Source: an uncultured Vicinamibacteraceae bacterium
GTDB lineage: Bacteria; Acidobacteriota; Vicinamibacteria; Vicinamibacterales; UBA8438
Direction of reading: 5' to 3'
NCBI GenBank assembly: GCA_964636705.1
Contig: CAZWUJ010000003.1
Span: forward strand, 128,873 to 192,872
DNA: 64,000 nt
Each line of letters starts with the position of its first letter. The stretch's first letter is position 1. Below the pieces are notes generated by a model. It did not search any database, was not told the origin of the DNA, and saw nothing but the letters and a program-made list of their open reading frames with translations. The translations under genes and the position numbers were made by a program. This document shows, in pieces, positions 49,424 through 60,441 of the stretch.

Positions 49424-49684
49424 GTGAGCGCTTCACGCCGCGACACGCTGCGGTCCCTGCTCCGGGAGTTCTACATGGCGCCCTACCGCGGCGCCGTGGC
49501 GAGGGCACGCCGCGACGAGGACGACCTCTTCATGTTGTTCGTCTACGCCGAGCTGATGGGCGTGCCGAACCCGGCGACTTACTACACGCTGGAACTGCAG
49601 CCGATCCTGCTTGAGCGGTTCCACGAGTGGCATACCCGCATGGGCCTGGAACACTCGCCGCTCGACCACTTCCGCTGTTGCTAG
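49424..49684 (+). CDS. small CstA-associated protein ending in ...FRCC (alternative start ATG 49475)
   Basis: The composition looks protein-like (F, Y, M, H, E rich) and unlike the shadow ORFs. A GGGAG SD lies 6 nt before the ATG at 49475. The protein ends in vicinal Cys-Cys followed by the stop. Confidence 0.6.
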   Translation: MSASRRDTLRSLLREFYMAPYRGAVARARRDEDDLFMLFVYAELMGVPNPATYYTLELQPILLERFHEWHTRMGLEHSPLDHFRCC

Positions 49685-49695
49685 GCCGGAGCATC

Positions 49696-49726
49696 TTGAC
49701 GCCTCATTCATAGTGCATCATGATGC
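49696..49726 (+). promoter_or_regulatory. candidate vapBC promoter with a perfect 12-bp palindromic operator GCATCATGATGC
   Basis: TTGACG is at 49696-49701 and, after a 17-nt spacer, CATGAT. The palindrome at 49715-49726 spans the -10 and ends 4 nt before the vapB ATG. Confidence 0.45.
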
Positions 49727-49730
49727 CTCC

Positions 49731-50009
49731 ATGCGAACCACGGTCACGTTGGAACCGAACGTCGCGGAACGATTGAAGGACTACGCCCGGCGCAATCGAC
49801 TGTCGTTCAAGGAAGCACTCAACACGGTCCTGCGGCGGGGGCTTGGTTCGCAGGACTCCAGGGCGGGCACCTTGCCTCGGTTCGTCGTCGAGCCGGCGCC
49901 CACCGGGTTCACCCCCGGCGTCGATCCCAGACGGCTCAACCAGCTCGTCGATGAGCTCGATGTGGACGACTTCATCCGAGAGACCCGCGATCTGTCGTCG
50001 CAGCGATGA
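49731..50009 (+). CDS. type II antitoxin (VapB-like)
   Basis: 92 aa starting MRTTVTLEPNVAERLKDYARRN (a ribbon-helix-helix-like N-terminus). There is a 4-nt overlap with the PIN toxin gene. Confidence 0.75.
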   Translation: MRTTVTLEPNVAERLKDYARRNRLSFKEALNTVLRRGLGSQDSRAGTLPRFVVEPAPTGFTPGVDPRRLNQLVDELDVDDFIRETRDLSSQR

Positions 50010-50434
50010 TTCTGCCGGATATCAATCTGCTCGTTTACGCCTACGCCCAGCAGGCGCCGCAGCACGCGTCCTCGCGGCGCTGGTGGGAATCCCTGCTGAA
50101 CGGCTCGCGGCCGGTCGTCATTCCGTGGGCCGTAACGTGCGGTTACCTTCGTTTGATGACAAGCCCTGCGGTCCTCGCGCCACCGCTTCCCCCAGGAGCT
50201 GCAAGCGAGCACGTACGCGCGTGGTTCGAACGGCCGGTCGTGGAGGTCATCGAACCTGGCCCGCGTCACCTGAACATTCTGGCGCGGCTGCTCGATTCCG
50301 CCGGCACCGCCGGCAGCCTGACATCGGACGCGCACCTCGCCGCCATCGCAATCGAACACCAATGCGAACTGCATTCCAGCGACACCGATTTCGCTCGTTT
50401 TCCCGGCCTCCGCTGGACCAATCCACTCGCATGA
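50006..50434 (+). CDS. vapC: PIN-domain toxin (VapC family)
   Basis: The N-terminal acidic residue is in MILPDINLLVYA, and later ones in TSDAHLAA and SSDTDF. Confidence 0.85.
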   Translation: MILPDINLLVYAYAQQAPQHASSRRWWESLLNGSRPVVIPWAVTCGYLRLMTSPAVLAPPLPPGAASEHVRAWFERPVVEVIEPGPRHLNILARLLDSAGTAGSLTSDAHLAAIAIEHQCELHSSDTDFARFPGLRWTNPLA

Positions 50435-50447
50435 CAAGACCGCACTG

Positions 50448-51452
50448 ATGTCGTACGACCCGCTGGCGCACCAGCTTCTTTTCGTCGGCGGCAAGGGCGG
50501 GGTCGGCAAGACAACCACGGCGGCCGCCATCGCGCTGGCCGCAGCGGAGCGGGGTCGGCGCTGCCTCGTGGTGTCCACCGATCCGGCGCACTCGCTCGGC
50601 GATGTCTTCGAACGGGCGATCGGCGATCGCGAGACTGCGCTCGCGCCCAACCTGACCGGCCTCGAGGTCGATCCGGAGGCCGCCGCCACGGCGCACATCC
50701 AGACAGTGTCGACACAGATGAAGCGGCTGGTCCATGCGCGCCTCTACGACGAGATAGACCGTCAGATGGCGCTCGCCCGGGAAGCGCCGGGCGCCGTCGA
50801 GGCCGCCCTCCTCGAGCGTGTGGCGGCGCTGATGAGCGAGGCGGGGTCGCGTTTCGATATGGTGGTGTTCGACACGGCGCCGAGCGGCCACACCGTGCGG
50901 TTGCTGACGCTGCCGGAGGTGATGGCGGCCTGGATGGATGGCCTGCTTCGACAGCGCGAGCGTTCATCTCGGCTGGGAGCGATGCTGGGAAACCTCGGGG
51001 GTGGCCGGGTGCAGGGGGATGACCTGTCGTTGATCGATCAGGCCGCGGACCATGCGCCGAACAGTCCGGAGGCGCGCGTCACGGCCCTGCTGCACGCGCG
51101 CCGGCGCACGTTCCTGCGGGCGCGCGAGCGGCTGCTCGACACCGCGCGGACCGCGTTCCTGCTGGTCGTCAACCCGGACCGTCTCTCGATACTGGAGAGC
51201 CGCCGGATCGCCGCTACGCTGCAACGGTTCGACCTGCCGGTCACCGCGCTGGTCATCAACCGGGTTCTCCCCGAAGCGGCCGACGCATCCGGGTCGTTCT
51301 TCAAGGATCGGAGAAACCAGGAACAGGTCCACCTGCGCGAGATCGCCACCGCGTTCGCCTCACTCCCGCAAGTCCAGGTCCCGCTGGGGCCGCGTGACGT
51401 GCACGGTATCGACGCGCTGCGCGACGTGGGCGCGCACCTGTGCGCCACGTGA
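50448..51452 (+). CDS. ArsA/Get3(TRC40)-family P-loop ATPase, single domain
   Basis: The deviant Walker A GGKGGVGKTT, STDPAHSL and DTAPSGHT are present. The protein has only two Cys (RRCLVV and HLCAT). Confidence 0.85.
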   Translation: MSYDPLAHQLLFVGGKGGVGKTTTAAAIALAAAERGRRCLVVSTDPAHSLGDVFERAIGDRETALAPNLTGLEVDPEAAATAHIQTVSTQMKRLVHARLYDEIDRQMALAREAPGAVEAALLERVAALMSEAGSRFDMVVFDTAPSGHTVRLLTLPEVMAAWMDGLLRQRERSSRLGAMLGNLGGGRVQGDDLSLIDQAADHAPNSPEARVTALLHARRRTFLRARERLLDTARTAFLLVVNPDRLSILESRRIAATLQRFDLPVTALVINRVLPEAADASGSFFKDRRNQEQVHLREIATAFASLPQVQVPLGPRDVHGIDALRDVGAHLCAT

Positions 51453-51462
51453 CGGTCGCGCC

Positions 51463-53157
<1,695 letters not shown>

Positions 53158-53189
53158 GATGACGGCGCCGGGAATCCCTGGTGGGCGAC

Positions 53190-53930
53190 TCAGAAACGAA
53201 GTCGGAGACCGGCGGTTACCTGGAGGCCGCCGGTGTCAATCGCGACGGCACCGCCGTCGGCGGACTCAACCGACATCGATGCGCGGTTGAACTGCACCGT
53301 GCTGCCCACGCCAACGAGTCGGGAGACGTAGTACGTCACGTCGGCGCCCGCCACGAAACCCACTGTGGACTCCGTTCGCAGCGAGTGGACGTCACCGGTG
53401 TACGACGCCTCCAGGTACGGATAGGCGTGCACATACTCGACACCGTCGACCAGATCCTGCTTGAGACTGACGAATGCCGGGCCGCCAAAGAGCGTGAGGT
53501 CGGCCGACGCGGCGACCGGCACGATCCAGGCCGCTTGGATACTAACGGTCAGCTCCTGTCGCTGCAGGGACGCCGACGCTCCTTCGACAACACGATGCCG
53601 TTCGAACCGGAAGGGATAGGGGATGCGGGCCGCAAGGTCGGCGTTCCCCTGGCGTGACACCATGGAGACACCCGCGCCGACAGCGAGGTGCCCGACGAGG
53701 CGAACTCGGGCGTTCACGTCGAACAGCGGGCCGTTGGCGCCCGGATAGCTCGCGTCGAAGTCCCCCTGCTCCGCGAACTCCGTAAAGACGACGTTGTCGG
53801 TGGTGCTGGCGGACTGCGTCTGCTGGCCGCCGTTGATGGCAATCGAAACCCGTGGTGTCTGTGCGGCAGCCGGTACAGCGGAGAGAATCAACAGCAACGT
53901 CCCGAGCCCCGCCGCCGGCCGCTTCCACAT
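53190..53930 (-). CDS. outer-membrane beta-barrel protein
   Basis: It has the signal peptide ...AVPAAAQ, alternating beta-strand sequence and a C-terminal ...GLRLRF. Confidence 0.7.
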   Translation of the reverse strand: MWKRPAAGLGTLLLILSAVPAAAQTPRVSIAINGGQQTQSASTTDNVVFTEFAEQGDFDASYPGANGPLFDVNARVRLVGHLAVGAGVSMVSRQGNADLAARIPYPFRFERHRVVEGASASLQRQELTVSIQAAWIVPVAASADLTLFGGPAFVSLKQDLVDGVEYVHAYPYLEASYTGDVHSLRTESTVGFVAGADVTYYVSRLVGVGSTVQFNRASMSVESADGGAVAIDTGGLQVTAGLRLRF

Positions 53931-53967
53931 GGCGAATCGCGTCCCTTCCACAAGCCTGCTCCGACGC

Positions 53968-55866
53968 CTACTCCAGATCTACCGCCGTCAACGCTTCATC
54001 AATCGCGCGATAGACATCGCTGCCGCGGCCGAACAGGTCATCGGCCGATTGCCGAATCAAGTCGGCGGCCATGAACATGTGGACCCGCGCCGCCGGCATC
54101 AGGTCGGTCATGGCGCGCACGAACGCCCGCTCCACGTCTCCGCGGTTGGCCGCCCCCACACCCTCGACCGAGCGGCCGGTCGTCCGGTTCTCTCCTCCCT
54201 CGACCGCCAGATAGAACGCATGGCTCAGGATCGTGGAGTTCCAGTGCAGGCCGGAGTAGTCGAAGGTCGGCAAGCGCACGATCGTCCTGCCGCGATCGGC
54301 CGAGCCGTAGGCGTGGAAAACGTCGAACTGGCCGTCGTTGAGGAGCGCGATGAAGATCGCGTCACGGTAGGCCGCGGGATACTCGATGTTCACTTGCGCG
54401 CCGGGGCGTGCACGGATCGGCAACTCGGGCGGGTCCGCCATGGAGCGAAGCGGCCACCTGGCGTCCTCGCCCGTCAGGTAGTCGGCCCGGAGCGGACCAT
54501 CGGCCGGCTCGTGGAACATGAATTCGATCGCGGTCCCGACAATGTCCGAGTACGCCTCGTTGATCGCGCCGCCGTGGTTCATGAACAGCAGAATCCTGCC
54601 GTCCTCGCTGCAGCGCATGCGAAACGTCCGGTTGTCCGGTGCTCCGCCGGTCACCCGCCAGTTCGTACTGCAATCCACCCGTTGGCCGTCTTCCCGCACG
54701 AAGCTCGACGGTCCCTCGACCACGTAGTAACTGTTCAGAAACGGCAATCCGGTGCGCTGCAACACTGAATGAAACGTCACGCCGTGCATCAGCTCGTGCC
54801 CGACGATGTCCAGTGTGGTGAGGGGGGTGCCGTCCGGTAACTGTCCGAATCCCACCACTCCGCGCTTGTCGGGACCCTGCGGCGGCCACATGTAGAACGC
54901 GCTGGTGACGTGGCCGATGTTGGCCATCCCCATGATCCGGGTGTTGCGGCCATCGACGCCGTCCCAGTCGTGGCGGGCCGCCAGGTAGTCGTAGGTGAAT
55001 CCCGCGTGGACGTGGAGGTCGACCACCGCCGGATCCTCCCAGGTATTGTCCCCATCGCTCGCCACATCGCTCGGCGCCCAAACCGGTCCCCTCGGATCGA
55101 TCAGCGCGTCGAATCGCGCCAGGTCGTGGCGCAGATCCAGCGTGATGATCTCGGCCGGACGCAGGCGGTCGTGGGCCTGGTAGACGCCGCCGCTTCGCGA
55201 CGCGCTCACCTTCTTGGTCTGGCCCTGAACCCCGTACCCCAAGCCGACGCTGCTCTGTTCGTCGCGCGCCGGTTCCCGCCACACCACGTCTCCGGTATGT
55301 GCGTCCACGAAGTAGATGTAGCGGTCGCGCATGAGCGCCTGGTAGGCCAGCACGAAGCGGCCCGAGGGCTGCGGCAGGATGAACAGTTCGGGCAGATCGT
55401 CCATCGCCGGGCCGGCCCCGGACCACGCTTCCATCCGCGCCAGCGCTTCGCCGGGTGAGATGCCGGGAACCGCGCTCACGCCGATTCCCTCGTGCAGGGT
55501 CCCGAAGATCGAAACCGTCACGCCGTCCTGCAGTTGGCGCGAGACCCCGCCGCCGTACACCCGCAGCCCCTGGTGGTACTGCTGAAAGTACTCATGCGCG
55601 CGTCCCGGCACCTGTCGATCCGCCTGGCGCGAGACAAGACCGGCCTCTCCGGCCCGGGCCATTGCATCCACACGGGCATCGAGCCGGCGCAGTTCCGACA
55701 ACTCCGCGGTCGCACCCAGCAGCGCGATCTGGCCCGGATAGCGGTCCAACCGCGACACCGGTTCCTGCGCGGCGAGCGCCACCAGAGCGGCGCCAGCCAG
55801 CGCGGCCGTGAACGTGGCGGCAACCCGCCATCGCAAGGCAGTCGTTGCGGAAACGAAACGGCGCAT
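53968..55866 (-). CDS. secreted M4 (thermolysin-like) metallopeptidase
   Basis: HExxH (VGHELMHGV) is followed by GGAINEAYSDIVG (the third zinc ligand Glu). An N-terminal signal and propeptide-like region are present. Confidence 0.85.
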   Translation of the reverse strand: MRRFVSATTALRWRVAATFTAALAGAALVALAAQEPVSRLDRYPGQIALLGATAELSELRRLDARVDAMARAGEAGLVSRQADRQVPGRAHEYFQQYHQGLRVYGGGVSRQLQDGVTVSIFGTLHEGIGVSAVPGISPGEALARMEAWSGAGPAMDDLPELFILPQPSGRFVLAYQALMRDRYIYFVDAHTGDVVWREPARDEQSSVGLGYGVQGQTKKVSASRSGGVYQAHDRLRPAEIITLDLRHDLARFDALIDPRGPVWAPSDVASDGDNTWEDPAVVDLHVHAGFTYDYLAARHDWDGVDGRNTRIMGMANIGHVTSAFYMWPPQGPDKRGVVGFGQLPDGTPLTTLDIVGHELMHGVTFHSVLQRTGLPFLNSYYVVEGPSSFVREDGQRVDCSTNWRVTGGAPDNRTFRMRCSEDGRILLFMNHGGAINEAYSDIVGTAIEFMFHEPADGPLRADYLTGEDARWPLRSMADPPELPIRARPGAQVNIEYPAAYRDAIFIALLNDGQFDVFHAYGSADRGRTIVRLPTFDYSGLHWNSTILSHAFYLAVEGGENRTTGRSVEGVGAANRGDVERAFVRAMTDLMPAARVHMFMAADLIRQSADDLFGRGSDVYRAIDEALTAVDLE

Positions 55867-55927
55867 GCAAGAGGTCCTTGGCGTCCAGCAATCCGGTGGC
55901 AGGCAGGTAGGCAGTACGAGTATATCG

Positions 55928-56935
55928 CTACCGCCGTTCGAGGATCAGGACGTGGCGGTCCTCTCCCTCGCGCTCGCTGTCGCCCACGACGACCAGCACC
56001 AGACCGTCGCGAGCGGCAATGTCGCGGGCGGGACGGGGGGTGGCGAAGGCGCCGGCCGTCACCGGATTGGCGGGATCCGACAAGTCGACGACCTGCACAC
56101 CCTGCCGGGTGTCGGCGACGTAGACCAGTTCCCCGTCCAGCGACACGCTCACCGCATTGCCCGGCGTATCGAATGAAGACAGCTTGGCTGGCGCCGACGG
56201 GTCGGAGACATCGTAGACCTGCACGTCCCCGCCGCCGGCGCCCACGATCAACGTCGGGCGTCCGCCCGTCCCCGCCGATACCTCGATATCACGCGGCGCG
56301 GCCGGCGCGTGCACCACGCCGACCGGTTCCGGCATGCCGGGCCGCGAGAGATCGAAGACGTACAGCCCGGAGGGGGAATCGGTCGCATAGGCGATTGTCC
56401 CTGCCGTCACCACGTCGCGCGCGTAGCCGTCCAGGAAGAACGACCCGATCGCCGCGGGCGCGGTCTCGTCCGAGAGGTCGACCAGGACGAAACCCTCCAT
56501 ATGGTCGATGACACCCACCTTGCCGGAGGCGACGGCGCCTATCTTCGCCTGCCCGAGCGTCTGGTGATGGCCCAGCAGCCTCGGGTTGTCGGGATCGCCG
56601 ATATCGACGATGCCAAGTCCGAAGAAGTTGGCGCCGACATACGCCCGGTCGCCGGCCAATCGGAAGCCCCAGATCTCCTGCGGAAAGGCGTGCGACCCGC
56701 GCGCCACCGGACTGGCCGGGTTCGACAGGTCGTGCATGGTGAAGTTGTGCCCTCCCGCGATGTATCCGATGCCGTCGCGAACCCGCACCAGGTTGGCCGG
56801 TCCCGGAATCTCCCCGACCTGCTCCAGGGTTACGCCTTGCGCAGCGGGCTCCGGCGCCGGCCACCCGGCCACGAGCAGCATCGCCGCGCCGAGCGCCCAC
56901 CCGTTCCTCGAGGCGGCCGCACCCCAAGCCGTCAT
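55928..56935 (-). CDS. secreted LVIVD-repeat beta-propeller protein
   Basis: The ATG at 56935 overlaps the upstream stop as ATGA. The repeats are GLGIVDIGDPDNP, GFVLVDLSDETAP, GLYVFDLSRPGMP, DVQVYDVSDPSAP and GVQVVDLSDPANP. Confidence 0.8.
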   Translation of the reverse strand: MTAWGAAASRNGWALGAAMLLVAGWPAPEPAAQGVTLEQVGEIPGPANLVRVRDGIGYIAGGHNFTMHDLSNPASPVARGSHAFPQEIWGFRLAGDRAYVGANFFGLGIVDIGDPDNPRLLGHHQTLGQAKIGAVASGKVGVIDHMEGFVLVDLSDETAPAAIGSFFLDGYARDVVTAGTIAYATDSPSGLYVFDLSRPGMPEPVGVVHAPAAPRDIEVSAGTGGRPTLIVGAGGGDVQVYDVSDPSAPAKLSSFDTPGNAVSVSLDGELVYVADTRQGVQVVDLSDPANPVTAGAFATPRPARDIAARDGLVLVVVGDSEREGEDRHVLILERR

Positions 56936-58350
56936 GGCTCGGTTCCGACCGCTTCCGCGCCGCCATTCGCAATCCGGTACAGCTTCGACTGGGTCCGGAT
57001 GAAGAGGCTGCCGCGGGCGATGGCGGGCGTGGCGAGGGTCATCTCGTTCAGCGCGTTCTTGTGCAGGATGTTGAACTGCCGCCCCGCCTCGACCACGTAG
57101 GTTTCCCCGTCCTCGCTCAGCAGGAAGAGCTTTCCGTTGTAGGCCCACGGCGAGGCGGTGAAACCGTTGCCGATCTCGAGCCGCTGCCGGCCGTAGACCT
57201 CCTCTCCCGTTCGCGCATCGTGCGCTACCAGGAAGCCGCGATCGAGCAGCGTGTAGTAGATGTCGCCGTAGACGATGGCGGTGGTGTTGTACGTCCCGAG
57301 CAGCGGGTACGACCAGGCGATGTCCTCCGACGCCGTGAGCGGCCCGGGAAACCCGGAAGTGATCCCGTTCCGCATCTGCTCCGGGGTGAAAATCGAAATG
57401 TCGCCCGCCGCGCCGGGCCTGACGGCATATACCGGACGTAGCCCGCCGCCGGGATAGCCGGAGCTGATGTACACCAGGCCGTGCGCGGTGAACGGCGTCG
57501 GGATGGTAAGGCCCGACATGCCGTGCAGCTCCCACAACAGTTCGCCCTCGAGGGTGTACGAGCGAACCCCCTGCGTACCCGCCGTCACCAGTTCGGTCCG
57601 CAGGTCGTGCTCCCAGACGAAGGGCGTTGACCAGTTCTGGCCCCGCTCGTCCCGATCGATGCGCCACACCTCCTCGCCACTGTCCTTCTCGAACGCGGCG
57701 ACGAACGAACGGGTCGTGTTGTCGTTGACGATGTACAGGCGATCGTCGTGCAGGATGGGAGAAGCGCCGGTGCCCATCTCCAGCGTCGTGTTGTACGCCT
57801 CCAATTCGCGGGTCCAGATCAGCTCCCCGCTCATGTTGAAGGCTCCCAACTGGCCGATGGCGCCGAAGTACACGTACACGCGGCGGCCGTCGGTCACCGG
57901 CGTCTCCGACGCGAAACTGTTCTTCAGGTGCCGCTTGTTCGGAGGCGTGGCGGCGTGCAACTCCCGCTGCCACCGGACCGCGCCGGTATGGAAGTCGAAT
58001 GCGTAGAGCATCCACCGGTGCTGGTTCGCCGATGCTGCCGAACCGTTTTCCATTCCGGGGTCGTAGAGCCCCTTGATGGGGGCCGGCTCGTCACCCGCGC
58101 TGATGGCGGTGGTCACGAAAACGAGGTCGCCCGCCACGACCGGCGAACTCCACGCCAGCCCCGGGATGTCGATCTTCCAGACCACGTTCTCCATCTCGCT
58201 CCAGTGTTCCGGCAGCACCGGATCGTCCGGCACGACGCCGGCCGCCGGCCCCCGGAACTGACGCCAGTCCTCCTGTGCATGAGCGGCCACCGGAAACAGC
58301 AGCAAACCGGCCAGAAGCGGAATAGCCAGGGTGGCGGCGGTGCGGCGCAT
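56932..58350 (-). CDS. secreted PQQ-like (BamB-type) beta-propeller repeat protein
   Basis: I place the start at MRRTAATLAIPLLAG (ATG 58350) inside track ORF 56932..58956. It has a signal peptide and repeated W/G propeller blades (WSSPVVAGDLVFV, ASPILHDDRLYIV). Confidence 0.75.
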   Translation of the reverse strand: MRRTAATLAIPLLAGLLLFPVAAHAQEDWRQFRGPAAGVVPDDPVLPEHWSEMENVVWKIDIPGLAWSSPVVAGDLVFVTTAISAGDEPAPIKGLYDPGMENGSAASANQHRWMLYAFDFHTGAVRWQRELHAATPPNKRHLKNSFASETPVTDGRRVYVYFGAIGQLGAFNMSGELIWTRELEAYNTTLEMGTGASPILHDDRLYIVNDNTTRSFVAAFEKDSGEEVWRIDRDERGQNWSTPFVWEHDLRTELVTAGTQGVRSYTLEGELLWELHGMSGLTIPTPFTAHGLVYISSGYPGGGLRPVYAVRPGAAGDISIFTPEQMRNGITSGFPGPLTASEDIAWSYPLLGTYNTTAIVYGDIYYTLLDRGFLVAHDARTGEEVYGRQRLEIGNGFTASPWAYNGKLFLLSEDGETYVVEAGRQFNILHKNALNEMTLATPAIARGSLFIRTQSKLYRIANGGAEAVGTEP

Positions 58351-58476
58351 CGGTCTCCCTCCCTCGCACGCAACAGGTTGCGAAACGGCCTTCGCTCCTA
58401 GACTGCCCGCCCGCCAATCGTCTGTCAAGAATGGGCCATTCGGGGCATAATGGGCGGAAGTCAAGGAGTTGAGTCG

Positions 58477-59517
58477 ATGCACATGACCCCGACGCGCCGC
58501 TACGTTGTGATCGCGCTGATCGCCGCCGGCTGCGCCCTCACCATCGCGCCCGCTGCGACCGCGCAGATCGACCGCGTCGTCGATCCCAACTGGACCATGC
58601 CCCGTCTTCCGGACGGGTCGCCAGACCTTCAGGGGCTCTGGGGCAACAAGACGATCACGCCGATGGAGCGTCCTGACGGCGCCGGCGCGTTCCTGACCGA
58701 CGAGGAAATCGCCGAGCGCAACGAGCAGCGGGCGTTGACCCGGCAGCGACAGGACGCGGCACCGGCCCGGCGCTACGAAGCGGGCGGCAACGTGGGGGGC
58801 TACGGCAGCTACTGGCTCGACGCCGGCGATACCGTGCTCCGTACAGGCCAGACGTCGCTGATCGTCGATCCGCCGGAAGGCCGCGCGCCGATCCGGCAAT
58901 GGGCCCTGGACACGAAGGCATACAACCTGGCCCACAACGGCGACCACTATCTGCACATGAGCGTATGGGACCGCTGCCTCTCGCGCGGCGTCCCCGGATC
59001 AATGCTCCCGGCCGGCTACAACAACGCCTACCGGATCCTGCAGACCCCCGGCTACGTCACGATTCAGCACGAGATGATCCACGACGCCCGGGTCATTCCG
59101 GTCGTCGCCGGCCCGGCGGATCGGGTGTTCATCCACGAGAACATCCGCCAATGGATGGGTGACGCGCGCGCCTGGTGGGAGGACGATACCCTGGTCGTCG
59201 AGACCAGGAACTTTCACAACCGCGGCTGGATTGCGTCGAGCGCCGCGGGCGCGCGATTGAAGGGCATCCCGACCAGCCGGGCGTTGCATGTGGTCGAGCG
59301 CTACCGGCGCGTGGCCGAGGACACGATCCTCTGGACCGTCACGATCACCGACCCGAACGTCTACACGCGGCCCTGGACGATCCAGATGCCGCTGACGGCG
59401 GAGCCGGACTACGAGATCTACGAGTACGCCTGCCACGAGGGGAACTACGCGGTTCCCAACGCCTTGAGCGGCCAGCGCACGCTCGATGCGCACGCCGACG
59501 CGTCCACCGAACCATAG
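58477..59517 (+). CDS. secreted protein, unrecognised family, paralog 1 (most divergent)
   Basis: An AGGAG SD lies 8 nt before the ATG at 58477. It has a signal peptide or possible lipobox (IAAGC) and the family motifs PDLQGLW, SLIVDPPEGRAP, DRC, GYNNAYRILQTPGYV, IRQWMGDA..W..DTLVVETRNF and YEYACHEGNY. Confidence 0.8.
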   Translation: MHMTPTRRYVVIALIAAGCALTIAPAATAQIDRVVDPNWTMPRLPDGSPDLQGLWGNKTITPMERPDGAGAFLTDEEIAERNEQRALTRQRQDAAPARRYEAGGNVGGYGSYWLDAGDTVLRTGQTSLIVDPPEGRAPIRQWALDTKAYNLAHNGDHYLHMSVWDRCLSRGVPGSMLPAGYNNAYRILQTPGYVTIQHEMIHDARVIPVVAGPADRVFIHENIRQWMGDARAWWEDDTLVVETRNFHNRGWIASSAAGARLKGIPTSRALHVVERYRRVAEDTILWTVTITDPNVYTRPWTIQMPLTAEPDYEIYEYACHEGNYAVPNALSGQRTLDAHADASTEP

Positions 59518-59533
59518 CCACAGGAGGAATCAC

Positions 59534-60406
59534 ATGTCGCGCATCCGCCCGAACAGCTTCGTGGCCTCCGCCCTCGGCGCCGTAGTCGTCGCGCTTGCGG
59601 CCGTCGTCGCACCCGCCGGGGCGCTCGACGGCGCCATCTTCAACGTGGTCGAGCACCGCGATATCGACTACATCGCGGGCGAGGACTACGCCGACGACAA
59701 GGACAAGCTCGATCTCTTCATGCCGGAAGGTCTGACCAACGCGCCTGTCGTCGTCTACTTCCACGGCGGAGCGCTGCAGAACGGCACGAAGGCGATCGGT
59801 GAAGGACTCGGCCGGCAGCTCGCGGCGCGCGGCATCGGCCTGGTCACTGCGAACTATCGGCTCTCCCCGGCAGTGATGCATCCCGCGCACATGGAGGACG
59901 CAACCGCCGCGTTCGCATGGACGAAGCGGAACATCGCGAGCTATGGGGGCGACCCTGACCGGGTGTTCGTCTCGGGCCATTCGGCCGGCGCCTACCTCGC
60001 GGCGCTGATGGCGCTCGACCCCCGGTACCTCGACGCGCACCGCCTGCGGCTTTCCGACATCCGCGGCGCCATCCCGATCAGCCCCTTCCTCTTCGTTGAG
60101 GATCCTGACGTCGCGCCGAGCCGTCCGAAGACCGTGTGGGGAACCGACGAAGCGGTCTGGCTCGACGCGTCGGTCACTCCCTACATCGGGGAAAACAAGC
60201 CGCCCATGCTGTTCATCTATGCCGACGGCGACGACGACTGGCGGCGCGAGCAGAATCAACGGCTCGCGGCGGAATTGAGCGACGCCGGAAACGAAGCGGC
60301 GGTGATCGAGATCGCGGATCGGACCCATGGCAGCGTGAACTCGAATATGGGCGAGGATCTCGACAACGGCATGATGAAGGTTGTTTCGTTCGTCGAAGCG
60401 AACTGA
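59534..60406 (+). CDS. secreted alpha/beta-hydrolase (esterase/lipase type)
   Basis: I place the start at MSRIRPNS. The oxyanion HGGA (VVYFHGGAL), the nucleophile elbow GHSAGA and a late His (DRTHGS) are present. Confidence 0.8.
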   Translation: MSRIRPNSFVASALGAVVVALAAVVAPAGALDGAIFNVVEHRDIDYIAGEDYADDKDKLDLFMPEGLTNAPVVVYFHGGALQNGTKAIGEGLGRQLAARGIGLVTANYRLSPAVMHPAHMEDATAAFAWTKRNIASYGGDPDRVFVSGHSAGAYLAALMALDPRYLDAHRLRLSDIRGAIPISPFLFVEDPDVAPSRPKTVWGTDEAVWLDASVTPYIGENKPPMLFIYADGDDDWRREQNQRLAAELSDAGNEAAVIEIADRTHGSVNSNMGEDLDNGMMKVVSFVEAN

Positions 60407-60441
60407 CTGGACCAGGCTACGGGATTTTCGGAGGAGGTGAC

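Noticed and set aside
50448-51452. ArsA-like gene as part of an arsenic resistance pump
   Set aside because: No arsB/acr3, arsC, arsR or arsD is nearby. The protein is a single-domain ATPase with only two Cys and has no recognisable metalloid-binding Cys triad. It is treated as a Get3/ArsA-family ATPase of unknown role.
58351-58476. Palindrome CGCAAC-AG-GTTGCG in the divergent region between the PQQ-propeller gene and paralog 1 as an operator
   Set aside because: It is a single short palindrome with no convincing adjacent promoter hexamers and no second copy in the window. The evidence is insufficient.
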